Shown one piece after another: positions 1-8,433 of a stretch of 36,046 nucleotides of DNA. The translations under genes were made by a program, and so were the position numbers. The notes under the pieces were generated by a model. That model saw only the letters and a program-made list of their open reading frames with translations, did no database searches and was not told the DNA's origin. The stretch is from a virus. Lineage: Duplodnaviria; Caudoviricetes. The stretch covers positions 1 to 36,046 of IMG/VR virus record IMGVR_UViG_3300035703_000241. One strand, 5' to 3'. Each line of letters opens with the position of its first letter. Within the stretch, counting starts at the first letter, position 1.

Positions 1-1494
1 GGGGTCGTCGTCGTCGTCTGGCGCGTCCGGTGGCGCCGGGGGGGCCGGAGGGGGTTGGGGAGCCGGGGAGGCTTCTGGAGCCTTCTGGGCGGCTTCTGCC
101 AGAGGAGCGACGATCTTGGCGACGGCTTCAGCCGACAGGAGCGGGAAGGCAGCCGAGATGATCCCGGCCGCTGCATCAGCGGGGATGCCCTGCTGGACCG
201 CTTGCACCAAGGCCGTCAACGGCTGAACCTGGCCGACCGCTGATGCCTTCTGCTCGTGCTCCTCGGGCGGCGCGTTGTCGTCGGTCGGCAGCGGCCCGAG
301 CTGCAGGGGCACCCGCAGGTTCTCTCCGCCGCTGACGGGCGCAAGGCCTTCGCGCGACCGCACCTCGTTGATGCTCAGGAACCCATGCTGGAGCGCGGTG
401 GCGTAGGCCGTGAATCTTCCGCCCATGTCGCCGCGCGTCAGTGCGTCGAAGCTGATGGCGGTGCGCACCTGCTCGTCGGCACGCACCAGCTTGCGCATGG
501 TTTCTTCCTCGAGCCTGCTTGCCCAGGTGCCCAGCGTGTGCTTGGTGAATTCCAGGTCGGCTTGCTCCGCCGATGCGTACGACTGCTTGGTCGAGTCGCC
601 CACCATGTGAGGCGGAACCCCGAACGCGGCGGCGATCTGCTCGCGGCAGTATCGGCGCAGCTCGATCAGCTGCGCGTCGTCCGGGTTGATCGTCACGGGC
701 TTGAACTGGTATCCGGCCTCGAGGATGGCAACTCGCCCGGCGTTGCGCGCCCCGCCCTGCATGTCCTGCCATGATTGACGCAGCCGCTGGAAGGCGTCAG
801 GCGACAGCGTGCCCTGCACCTCGAGCACGCCGGCCGGCCGCGCGCCGTTCTGGAAGAACGATGCGACGAACGATTCCGCCTCGATCTCGATCCCGATGAG
901 CTGCCGAGCGAGGTAGATCGGCGGCTCGCCCAGCAAGCCGTCCGCGCTCGGCCCGATGAGGTGAAAGATGTCGTAGGCCGGGAAGGTGCGCGCGCCGCCC
1001 GTGCCTGCCGCGTAGCAGTACACGACCGAGTTGTCCGGCGCGCGCATCGCGGTCATCAGGTCGGGCCGGAGCTTCTCAAGCCGCGTGGGCCGCCCGGATG
1101 CGTCGCGCTCGATGAAGCTATAGCCGTTGCCGTACAGCAGGCAGTCCAGCAGCATGCTCTGGCGCCATGTCAGCGCGCCCATGAAAGGGTTGGGCTCGAC
1201 GTTCAGGAGGCGGTACAGCGGATGCTGCGGGATCGGCGCGAGATGCCCGTCACCGCGCTGCTGGTAGACCTTCCACTCCATGCGCGCGATGCTCTGCGAG
1301 ATGAGCATCGTGCATGCGTGCACGCTCGGGCTCGACCGCGCCACCTCTGGCGTGATGTAGCGCCCGGTCTCCGCCCAATTCGCGATGTACGACTGAATGC
1401 CCGAGCTGACGGGCATTCCGACTGGCGTGTTGTCCTCGAACTCGGCGCGAGTGCCGAATCCCAGAACCCTGAGCAGAAATGAGCCTAGAGCCAT
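1..1494 (-). CDS. HK97-family portal protein with Pro-rich C-terminal extension, open at the left edge
   Basis: Not in the ORF track because it has no stop in the window. Translated by hand from ATG 1494 (overlapping the terminase stop): MALGSFLLRVLGF...HPLYRLLNVEPNPFM...LLYGNGYSFIERD...FFQNGARPAGVL...QIAAAFGVPPHMVG...GFLSINEVRSREGLAPV, then PAPQPPPAPPAPPDAPDDDDDP at the edge. Confidence 0.95.
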   Translation of the reverse strand, partial: MALGSFLLRVLGFGTRAEFEDNTPVGMPVSSGIQSYIANWAETGRYITPEVARSSPSVHACTMLISQSIARMEWKVYQQRGDGHLAPIPQHPLYRLLNVEPNPFMGALTWRQSMLLDCLLYGNGYSFIERDASGRPTRLEKLRPDLMTAMRAPDNSVVYCYAAGTGGARTFPAYDIFHLIGPSADGLLGEPPIYLARQLIGIEIEAESFVASFFQNGARPAGVLEVQGTLSPDAFQRLRQSWQDMQGGARNAGRVAILEAGYQFKPVTINPDDAQLIELRRYCREQIAAAFGVPPHMVGDSTKQSYASAEQADLEFTKHTLGTWASRLEEETMRKLVRADEQVRTAISFDALTRGDMGGRFTAYATALQHGFLSINEVRSREGLAPVSGGENLRVPLQLGPLPTDDNAPPEEHEQKASAVGQVQPLTALVQAVQQGIPADAAAGIISAAFPLLSAEAVAKIVAPLAEAAQKAPEASPAPQPPPAPPAPPDAPDDDDDP

Positions 1495-3128
1495 TGAATC
1501 CCGCGATCCTCGTAGGGTGAGCGTATCAATGGGCTCCCTTCGAGCGCTACCGCGAGGGCGATGATGCCTGCGACGACGGGGTCGATCTTCTCCACCGACC
1601 TGCGCTTGGACGGACGCGGGTTGGTGTTGTAGTCGAGCTCGACCACCGTGTTGCTCATCGCCCATGTCAGCACCGGGTTGCCGTCGTGATGCAGCTTGCG
1701 CCCGACGACCGCGGCTTCCCACCGTCTGGTTGGGCCGCTCATGTGGAGAAACGATTGCGGGACTCGCCGCAGCTTCAGGCCGTCGTTCTCGAGCTGCTGC
1801 GCCAGACCGCCTGCGTTGTTGGGGTCGTAGCCGACCGCGACGACCCGATGCCGCTCGACGATGCGCTTGATCTCTGCGCGCAGGAACTCGTAATCGGTGG
1901 CGTCCCCGGGCGTCAGGGCAATCCATCCCTGGCGCGACCAATCGAGATACGGCACGCGGTCACGCTTCTGCCTGCGCTCGGCGCCTTCTTCCGGCGCGTA
2001 CGACCAGCTGCGCACGTGGTACTCGTCTGCGTCGATCCATACCGCGGTCAGGCTCGTGAGGTCGCTCACTTCGCCGAGGTCGATTCCGAGATAGCACGGA
2101 AGCCCGGTGAGCCGATCCTCGTCGAAGTCGGCGCGACAGGCGTCCCAATCCGACATGCGCACCCAGCGCACGTCCGCGGTGACGTGCTGATTGAGGTGCA
2201 GCGTGCGGAACGGCGTCTCGTAGGAGGGCTGCTCCTGGGCCCGCCTGCACTCGTCCGCGATCCAGCGCTCCTGGAGCGAGATGCCAAGCGAAGGGTTTGC
2301 GTTGCGCCACGCTTCCGGCGTGCGCCAGTCCATCGACTCAGGAGCCTCGTAGATGACTGGCAGGTAGGCCGGATTCTCGATTACTCCGTCGCGCACCTTG
2401 CTGGCGTAGTCGTACTGATCCCACTCAAGCGATTCCCGCAGCGTTCCGGCGGTGGTGATCGCCACCATCAGCGGCTGCATGCGTGCGCCCATCGAGGTCT
2501 GGATCGCTTCCCACAGCTCGCGCCGATTCCCCATGGCGTGGATCTCGTCGCCGATGGCGAATGACACGTGCAGGCCGTGAGCAGTCGGGGCGTCGCTGCT
2601 CATGGCCGCCCAGACTCCGCCGAGCGACGGAGCGACGATGCGGTTCTGGAACACCTCGACGCGCGAGTCGAGCTCGGGCTCTGCCCGGATCATCGTGCGC
2701 GCGCGCTCGAACACCAACTTTGCTTGCTTGCGGTCGGCGGCGAAGGACACGACTTCGGGCGTTGGCTCGTCGTCGGCGAGCAGGTGATACAGGCCCAAGG
2801 GCGCCAGAAGCTCGGTCTTCCCGTTCTTGCGCGGAATCCAGATGCCGCATTCGCGATACCTGCGCGTCCCGTCCGGGCGGACCCACCCGTACAGGTTGCC
2901 GACCAGCGCGCGCTGCCACGGCAGCAGCCGGAACGGCTGCCCTGCCCATGTCCCCTTGGCGAAGGTGCACAGGCCTTCGATGAACTGGATCGCGTGCCGG
3001 GCGCCGGCCGCGTTCCACACGGCATCGCCCCGCGTTGCGATGGCGTCGTAGCCGGGGATGCCGCCGAACGCCTCTGCCGCCCATTCATCCGGCGGCGCTG
3101 CCGCGCGAGAAGTACGCCGCTTTGCCAT
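1485..3128 (-). CDS. terL: Terminase large subunit
   Basis: Walker A IPRKNGKT, Walker B AIGDEIH, nuclease motifs GIDLGEVSDLT and KIDPVVA; lies between terS and portal. Confidence 0.97.
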   Translation of the reverse strand: MAKRRTSRAAAPPDEWAAEAFGGIPGYDAIATRGDAVWNAAGARHAIQFIEGLCTFAKGTWAGQPFRLLPWQRALVGNLYGWVRPDGTRRYRECGIWIPRKNGKTELLAPLGLYHLLADDEPTPEVVSFAADRKQAKLVFERARTMIRAEPELDSRVEVFQNRIVAPSLGGVWAAMSSDAPTAHGLHVSFAIGDEIHAMGNRRELWEAIQTSMGARMQPLMVAITTAGTLRESLEWDQYDYASKVRDGVIENPAYLPVIYEAPESMDWRTPEAWRNANPSLGISLQERWIADECRRAQEQPSYETPFRTLHLNQHVTADVRWVRMSDWDACRADFDEDRLTGLPCYLGIDLGEVSDLTSLTAVWIDADEYHVRSWSYAPEEGAERRQKRDRVPYLDWSRQGWIALTPGDATDYEFLRAEIKRIVERHRVVAVGYDPNNAGGLAQQLENDGLKLRRVPQSFLHMSGPTRRWEAAVVGRKLHHDGNPVLTWAMSNTVVELDYNTNPRPSKRRSVEKIDPVVAGIIALAVALEGSPLIRSPYEDRGIQWL

Positions 3129-3567
3129 GATCCTTGTCCTCTGGGAGAGCGATGAGCCGACCGCGCGCCGCGGGCGTCAATCCGAATTCCGCAAGCATCC
3201 TCCGCACGTTGAGGGCCAACTCCATCTGCATCGCCGAATACGGCGACCGCCGCAGCATCTTCAGCGTGCCGTCCGGGTTCTTGACGGGATAGACGTCGCC
3301 GTACTGGATCAGCATGTCGGTCGCCCGTCTGTACCGCGACCACGACTCGCACAGCACTGCCAGCGCGAAGCCGTCTGCCTCGGTCAGCACCCGCATCCGT
3401 TCGAGGATTGGCGTGAGCTGGTCCCATGCCTTCTTGCCTTCGGCATCGAGCCACTCGGGACGCTTGGGCCGCGTGCCCTGCGGCTTGGGCTCGTCCTTGC
3501 GCGCCTTGGCTCGCCAACTGCCGGACAGCTTCAGCATGGCCGTTGGCTTGGGGGGAGGTCCGCTCAT
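3085..3567 (-). CDS. terS: Terminase small subunit, P27 family
   Basis: MSGPPPKPTAMLKLSG...PEWLDAEGKKAW...EFGLTPAARGRL is typical of P27-family TerS; ATG 3567 overlaps the methyltransferase stop. Confidence 0.92.
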   Translation of the reverse strand: MSGPPPKPTAMLKLSGSWRAKARKDEPKPQGTRPKRPEWLDAEGKKAWDQLTPILERMRVLTEADGFALAVLCESWSRYRRATDMLIQYGDVYPVKNPDGTLKMLRRSPYSAMQMELALNVRRMLAEFGLTPAARGRLIALPEDKDHGKAAYFSRGSAAG

Positions 3568-4559
3568 GCCGATCTCCGGACGATAGTGTCGCGCACGTGC
3601 GACGCGATTGCCTTCATGAACAGCGGCGGCACGGTGTTGCCCAGGCGCTCGACTGCGTTGACGTAGTTGGGCCCGAAGTCGTAGTTGTCCGGGAACGACG
3701 ACAGCCGCTTCAATTCCGCCACGGTGAACGGCCGCTGCTCTGCCCAGTGCATCAACCCTCCGAAGCCGAGGTAGGCGGCGCTCTTGGTGAGAGTCGGCGC
3801 CGGGCGCATGGGGTCGACGCGGACGGTGTTGAACCCGTTCTTGAGGCCGAGCCGCGTCAGGTTTGAGCCGGGCTTCATGAACTCCCATGACTTGTAGATA
3901 GCCTTGGACTTGGCGATCTCCAGCAGGGTCGACACTTCCTGCTCGTCGAGCCGCAGGCCCTCGAGCGCTTTCCTGGCGGATATCGGCGCATGGGTCGGAG
4001 CCGGGTGCGTCGGCTCGATTCCGAGGTCGTTGCGCGCTCCGATGAAGATCATCCGTTGCCGTGCCTGCGGAACCCCGTAGTGCGCGGCGTTGAGCTTCCT
4101 GGCGACGACGCGGTAGCCGGATGCCTGCAGCTCGCGAAGCACCTCGGCGAAGATGATCCGCATCTTGCCTGCGACCATGCCGCTGACGTTTTCCATCACG
4201 AACGCCTTGGGCCTGAAACCCTGCAGCAGTCGGACGTACTGCCGGAACAGCTGATTGCGCTGGTCCTCAAACTGCCTCCTGCCGCTCGTGCTGAATCCCT
4301 GACACGGCGGCGAGCCGTCGAACACGTCGAGCTCGCCGGGCGCGACCCCTGCGGTTTCGAGCGCCTGCTCGACCGTCAGGCTGCCGATGTCGCCGTGAAA
4401 CAGCGGTGTAGCCGGATGGTTGCGCCTGTAGATGTCGGCGGCGCCGTTGTCCCATTCGACCGCCAGCCGCATCTTGCCGCCTGCCAGCATGTAGCCGAGC
4501 GACGAGCCGCCGCATCCCGCGAACGTGCTCACGACCGAGAAAGGCGCTACTTCGGCCAT
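3564..4559 (-). CDS. C5 cytosine DNA methyltransferase
   Basis: Motif I FAGCGG, catalytic GSPPCQGFS, ENV, YGVPQARQR and C-terminal LGNTVPP; start taken at ATG 4559. Confidence 0.96.
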   Translation of the reverse strand: MAEVAPFSVVSTFAGCGGSSLGYMLAGGKMRLAVEWDNGAADIYRRNHPATPLFHGDIGSLTVEQALETAGVAPGELDVFDGSPPCQGFSTSGRRQFEDQRNQLFRQYVRLLQGFRPKAFVMENVSGMVAGKMRIIFAEVLRELQASGYRVVARKLNAAHYGVPQARQRMIFIGARNDLGIEPTHPAPTHAPISARKALEGLRLDEQEVSTLLEIAKSKAIYKSWEFMKPGSNLTRLGLKNGFNTVRVDPMRPAPTLTKSAAYLGFGGLMHWAEQRPFTVAELKRLSSFPDNYDFGPNYVNAVERLGNTVPPLFMKAIASHVRDTIVRRSA

Positions 4560-5056
4560 CGGTGCCCGCATTCTGCGCAGCAGCGCCATTCGACGTCGTC
4601 GGCCACGCTCTCGGTGTATGCCTCGCCGAGGCTGCCCATGGGCTCGTTCCTGGCGGATGCCAGCAGCACCTCGGCCTCGCGCGCCGAGAAGCCCGAAGCC
4701 TCAAGCAGCTTGGCGTCGTCCGCCGCGAGCTGCGCGAGCGTGGCCTTCAGGATTTCCTCGTCCCACTTGGCGAGGTCGGCGGTGCGGTTGTCCGCGATGC
4801 CGTACGCCTGCGCCTCGTCGTACGTCAGGTGCGACCGGACGATCCAGACCTTCGGCATCTTCAGGCGCATTGCTGCGGCGAGCGTGCCGTGCCCGGCGAT
4901 CACCTCGAGCTCCTTGGTCACGACGATTGGCTTCTGCTGGCCGAACTGCTGCAGGCTTTTCATCTTGGCCCGGATGCTGCGCTCGCCGTGCTGGCGGGCG
5001 TTGGTCGGGCTGAACCGCAGCTCGTGCGGGTCGATGTTCTCAACTTCCATGCCCAT
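4547..5056 (-). CDS. ParB/Srx-like N-terminal domain protein with C-terminal CxxC, paralogue 2
   Basis: NARQHG...SLQQFGQQKPIVV...IAGHGTLAAA...YGIADNRTADLAKWD; ends CAECGHRW. Confidence 0.85.
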   Translation of the reverse strand: MGMEVENIDPHELRFSPTNARQHGERSIRAKMKSLQQFGQQKPIVVTKELEVIAGHGTLAAAMRLKMPKVWIVRSHLTYDEAQAYGIADNRTADLAKWDEEILKATLAQLAADDAKLLEASGFSAREAEVLLASARNEPMGSLGEAYTESVADDVEWRCCAECGHRWPK

Positions 5057-5433
5057 CCTCCTTCACCTCGGCCCCGCATTGAGGGCAGGTGATCTTCTTG
5101 GGTGCCTTGGTTGCGTGCTCGGTCTCGATCCGCTGGGCGAGGGTGGTAATGCTTTCCATCGCCCCGGCCTCGAAACCCGTGGCGAACGCCAATCCCTGAG
5201 GCATGGTCTCCAGCGCCAGCGCGAGCGCTTGGTAGTCCCATTGGCTGAGCTCGCCTGTCCGGTTGTCCGCGATGGCGTAGGCGGCTGCGGCGCTTCCCGC
5301 CAGATCGGTTTCGACCACGTCGACCTCTGTCCATCCGAGCGAGCGCGCGGCGGCCAGCGTGCCGTTGCCTGCGAGCACGACTCCCCTCAGGTCTACGACG
5401 ATTGGCTTCTGCTGGCCGAACTGCTGCAGGCTT
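4920..5433. repeat. 39-bp exact direct repeat (4920-4958 and 5395-5433) shared by the two ParB-like genes
   Basis: acgacgattggcttctgctggccgaactgctgcaggctt occurs twice and encodes SLQQFGQQKPIVV. Confidence 0.9.
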
Positions 5434-5525
5434 GTGGCGATGGCGCCCAAGTTGTCCGCATCATGGGTGCGGGCGTTGTTGGGGTCCGGGGTGAGCGAGT
5501 CGATGGGGCGGCGTTCGATCTTCAT
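5040..5525 (-). CDS. ParB/Srx-like N-terminal domain protein with C-terminal CxxC, paralogue 1
   Basis: PDPNNARTH...SLQQFGQQKPIVV...LAGNGTLAAA...YAIADNRTGELSQWD; ends CPQCG. Confidence 0.88.
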   Translation of the reverse strand: MKIERRPIDSLTPDPNNARTHDADNLGAIATSLQQFGQQKPIVVDLRGVVLAGNGTLAAARSLGWTEVDVVETDLAGSAAAAYAIADNRTGELSQWDYQALALALETMPQGLAFATGFEAGAMESITTLAQRIETEHATKAPKKITCPQCGAEVKEDGHGS

Positions 5526-5650
5526 CAGTGGGCTTTCGATGGCGGCCGGGGCTGGTTGTCCCCCGGGGGAGGCGGTTGGGGGGTGGTTGCCGGGGGCGGG
5601 GGGGCTGAAAAGGGGGGCAACCCGGGTGCGCGCGTTTGTGGCGGCGTGAC

Positions 5651-6496
5651 CTAGGTGTCCTGCAGGGCGTCACGGTTTTCCGAGGGGGTACGGTCTGAGG
5701 CCGGGAGGGGCTTGCTGAGGGCTCCGGCCGGGGCTGGGGCCGGGATGTGGTCCTCCCGGCGGCGACGCAGCACGGCGTCTCGTAGGGGCTTGGATGGGTG
5801 CTCCAGCAGGACGCGCAAGGTGGCGTCGAACCGGGTGGCCGCGAGGCAGGCGTCTCGCTCGCGCTCGGGGCCGAGGCGCCTCTCCCGGATGGCGTCGAAG
5901 CAGGCGTCCATTCCGGGGTGCAGGATCAACAGGTCTGCTGGCAGCGAGGCGCTGAGGTCGATGGCGCTCTGCAGGTCGCTCATCAGCACCCACAGGCGTC
6001 CTTGGATGTGCCCTTCCTGCGCTGCTGCCATCAGGGCGTCCCTGATGCGACGCAGGGGGAGCGCCAGCGCCAGCGCCTCCTGCGTCCATGGGCTTGCGCA
6101 CGAGATGGCTTGCACCAGCGCGTCGAAGTCGTAGATCAGGTCGTTCCCGGATAGGTGCTTGCGGGCGAGGGTGGTCTTGCCTGCGCCGGGTGCTCCGGTG
6201 AGGATGGTGATGCGTGGCGCCCACGGGCCGCGCTTGCTGGTGGAGCCGAGGTCGGCGGCCGTCTTGCGTAGGTGGCATGCCCTGCAGAGCGGCTGCAGGT
6301 TGTCGGGCGTCGACTTGCCTCCTTCCATCAGGGGCACGATGTGGTCGACGCACGTGGCGCTCACGGTCCGCCCTGCTGCCGCGCAGATGCGGCAGAGCGG
6401 CTCGATGGAGCGGGCTGCCTTGCTGGTCTTGTGCCACCGCGACCCGCGCCCGTGCTTCTTGGCGGAGGTCGAAACGGTTGGCGGCTTATGCGGCAT
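5651..6496 (-). CDS. HNH endonuclease (HK97 gp74-like) fused to a P-loop NTPase/kinase-like domain
   Basis: N-terminal CRIC...VDHIVPL..GG....NLQPLCRACHLRKT, followed by ITILTGAPGAGKTT and IYDFDAL. Confidence 0.85.
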   Translation of the reverse strand: MPHKPPTVSTSAKKHGRGSRWHKTSKAARSIEPLCRICAAAGRTVSATCVDHIVPLMEGGKSTPDNLQPLCRACHLRKTAADLGSTSKRGPWAPRITILTGAPGAGKTTLARKHLSGNDLIYDFDALVQAISCASPWTQEALALALPLRRIRDALMAAAQEGHIQGRLWVLMSDLQSAIDLSASLPADLLILHPGMDACFDAIRERRLGPERERDACLAATRFDATLRVLLEHPSKPLRDAVLRRRREDHIPAPAPAGALSKPLPASDRTPSENRDALQDT

Positions 6497-7028
6497 GGAT
6501 CTCCTCGACGGTGATGACGCACATGGGTCGGTCCACGGCCCATGCCTTGCCTAGCTGGAGCTCGGACACCTGGGAGTCGTCTTCGTAGGCGATCCCGTTC
6601 AGCGCGTCCAGCACGGCTTTGGCGAGGTTGTCGAGGTCCGGCTTCTGCCGATGGTGCTTGGGCGCCGCCTGACGCAGCGCCGTGCCCTTCGTACGGTGGC
6701 TTGCCGGCCGTTCGAGATGGAACCAGATCGCGACTCGCACGGCGTGCTGCATCGGACGCCCGATGGCGCCGTGCGCGTTTGCCGCGACCTGCACCTTCCA
6801 GGCGTCGGCCGTGCGCGGGTTGTAGATGCGCACGAACGGTCCCTGCGCGCGAGCGCGTGGTCTGGGCTGGGGCTTGGGCGTGCCCTCGACTACGAAACGG
6901 ATCGAGCGGCGTTTCTTGCGATGCTCAGGCGCGCGTACACATGGTGATGCACCGCCCTTGCATTGCCTGCCCGTACTTCCGCTTCGATGTGCCGCATCAG
7001 GCGTTCGATTTCGTCGTCGAGCGAGCAT
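6486..7028 (-). CDS. rusA: RusA-like Holliday junction resolvase (start uncertain)
   Basis: FVVEGTPKPQPRPR...KPDLDNLAKAVLDALNGIAYEDDSQV. The conserved part begins near 6902 and the nearest in-frame ATG is 7028. Confidence 0.88.
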   Translation of the reverse strand: MLARRRNRTPDAAHRSGSTGRQCKGGASPCVRAPEHRKKRRSIRFVVEGTPKPQPRPRARAQGPFVRIYNPRTADAWKVQVAANAHGAIGRPMQHAVRVAIWFHLERPASHRTKGTALRQAAPKHHRQKPDLDNLAKAVLDALNGIAYEDDSQVSELQLGKAWAVDRPMCVITVEEIHAA

Positions 7029-7162
7029 AGTTCTTCCAGCCATCGGCGTCCTCGGTCCTCGGCGCAATCGCGTTGGCGCTCTGCACGCGCGAGCCGCTCG
7101 GCGCATTCCTCGAGCTGCGCGAGCAAGTCTGCATGCGCCGTGTCTCTTGGCGCACGGGGCAT
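6890..7162 (-). CDS. Hypothetical coiled-coil protein
   Basis: 90 aa helical, charged ORF starting 1 nt after the primase stop. Confidence 0.55.
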   Translation of the reverse strand: MPRAPRDTAHADLLAQLEECAERLARAERQRDCAEDRGRRWLEELCSLDDEIERLMRHIEAEVRAGNARAVHHHVYARLSIARNAARSVS

Positions 7163-7163
7163 G

Positions 7164-8015
7164 TCAGAAACCTCGAATGCTTTTCACGATGAACCGCAGC
7201 GCGTCTCTGGAGCCGCCTGCGCGAACCCATTCGCGCAGATCCTTGGAGCGGCCCGGTGGCCGAACTATAACGACCGAGCGAGCGATCTTCAACAGGGTCG
7301 CGCGCAACGCCTCTGCTCCTTCGATTCCTGGTCCGTCCGCGTCTGCGACGATCACGACGTCTCGCCTGCGCGCTGCTTGCCCCACGAGGTCGGAACACAC
7401 CTTGCATCCCGGCCGCGCGATGGCGTCGAGATGAAGGTCTACCGCTGCCGCCAGATCGCTTTCGCCTTCGGTGACGAACAACGATCCTTGCCCCGTTGGT
7501 CCGCCTTCCGGGACGATCAGGCCGAGCCGCGATCCCGTCAGGCAGAGTTTCGCGCCGTCCGGCGTCCTGCGGCGGTACCCGACGATCTTGGAGCCGTGGC
7601 GCATCGGAAAGGTCCATGCGGCGCCGTCCCATCCCGTGCCGAGCCTGCGAATCGTGCTGGGGATCGTGTTCCACCTGGCGGCGAGGTCGGCGGCGCCTGC
7701 GGTGGTGAGCTGCTGGACGTACTGCTCCTGCAGCCGCCCGAGGTCTGGCGCCGGGCGTGGCGGAGGCGGGCGCAACACGACCGGATCAGTCGACGGCGAG
7801 GTCCCGTCCAGGCGATGCAGGTAGCCTGCATCACCGATCTTCCTGCTGCTTTCGACGCGAGGGCAGATCGCTAGACCGCGCGTCGTGTCGATGAGGCACC
7901 ATGAAGGCGTGCGGTGGAGATGGGCGCAGATGGGGCACGGCAGGGCGCGCGACACGCGCTTGCCTTCGAAGGCGACCTCTCCCGTGCGTCGGTCTGACAG
8001 GACGAGCATGCTCAC
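7164..8015 (-). CDS. Primase-like protein (Zn-binding plus TOPRIM domains)
   Basis: CPIC...WC...ICPR zinc motif; TOPRIM motifs VTEGESD, VADADGPG and KDLREW; GTG start overlaps the upstream TGA. Confidence 0.8.
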   Translation of the reverse strand: MSMLVLSDRRTGEVAFEGKRVSRALPCPICAHLHRTPSWCLIDTTRGLAICPRVESSRKIGDAGYLHRLDGTSPSTDPVVLRPPPPRPAPDLGRLQEQYVQQLTTAGAADLAARWNTIPSTIRRLGTGWDGAAWTFPMRHGSKIVGYRRRTPDGAKLCLTGSRLGLIVPEGGPTGQGSLFVTEGESDLAAAVDLHLDAIARPGCKVCSDLVGQAARRRDVVIVADADGPGIEGAEALRATLLKIARSVVIVRPPGRSKDLREWVRAGGSRDALRFIVKSIRGF

Positions 8016-8254
8016 ATGACCCCTCGCTCCCGCATGATGCGCACGGTCTCCGCCCACTTCTGGAGCGCCTCGCGGGTTTCCTGGTCGGCGATGTCCTGGT
8101 GGCGCAGGACGAGGTCGGCGAGGGCGGCGCCCGCGTTCGCGGCGTTGATGAGCATCGCGATGATGTCTGCCGTGCGCTGCTCGTCGCAGTAGTCCTCGAG
8201 CCGGAGCCGCTGCAGGGTGTCGACCGCGCTCATGTGCTTGTAGCGGCGGATCAT
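8012..8254 (-). CDS. Hypothetical protein (80 aa)
   Basis: MIRRYKHMSAV...RERGVM; start/stop overlaps with both neighbours. Confidence 0.6.
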   Translation of the reverse strand: MIRRYKHMSAVDTLQRLRLEDYCDEQRTADIIAMLINAANAGAALADLVLRHQDIADQETREALQKWAETVRIMRERGVM

Positions 8255-8433
8255 TGGCGCCTCACGATCTTCCGGGCCTCCGCTACCGTGACGATGGCGC
8301 GGCGGTCTGCCCAGACGAACGCCGCAGGCTCGGGCAGGTCGTTGCCCTGGGCGTCCACGGGGCAGCAGACCCATTCCCGTCCGTGGTCCGTCATGAGTCG
8401 CACCCTCACGAAGGCGATGTCGTCCTGCTTCAT
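8251..8433 (-). CDS. Hypothetical protein (60 aa)
   Basis: MKQDDIAFVRVRLMTD...; ATGA overlap with the helicase stop, preceded by GGAG. Confidence 0.6.
   Translation of the reverse strand: MKQDDIAFVRVRLMTDHGREWVCCPVDAQGNDLPEPAAFVWADRRAIVTVAEARKIVRRQ

Noticed and set aside
176-772. Minus-strand 198-aa ORF listed in the track
   Set aside because: It is an alternative frame inside the portal gene, which the track missed because it has no stop in the window.
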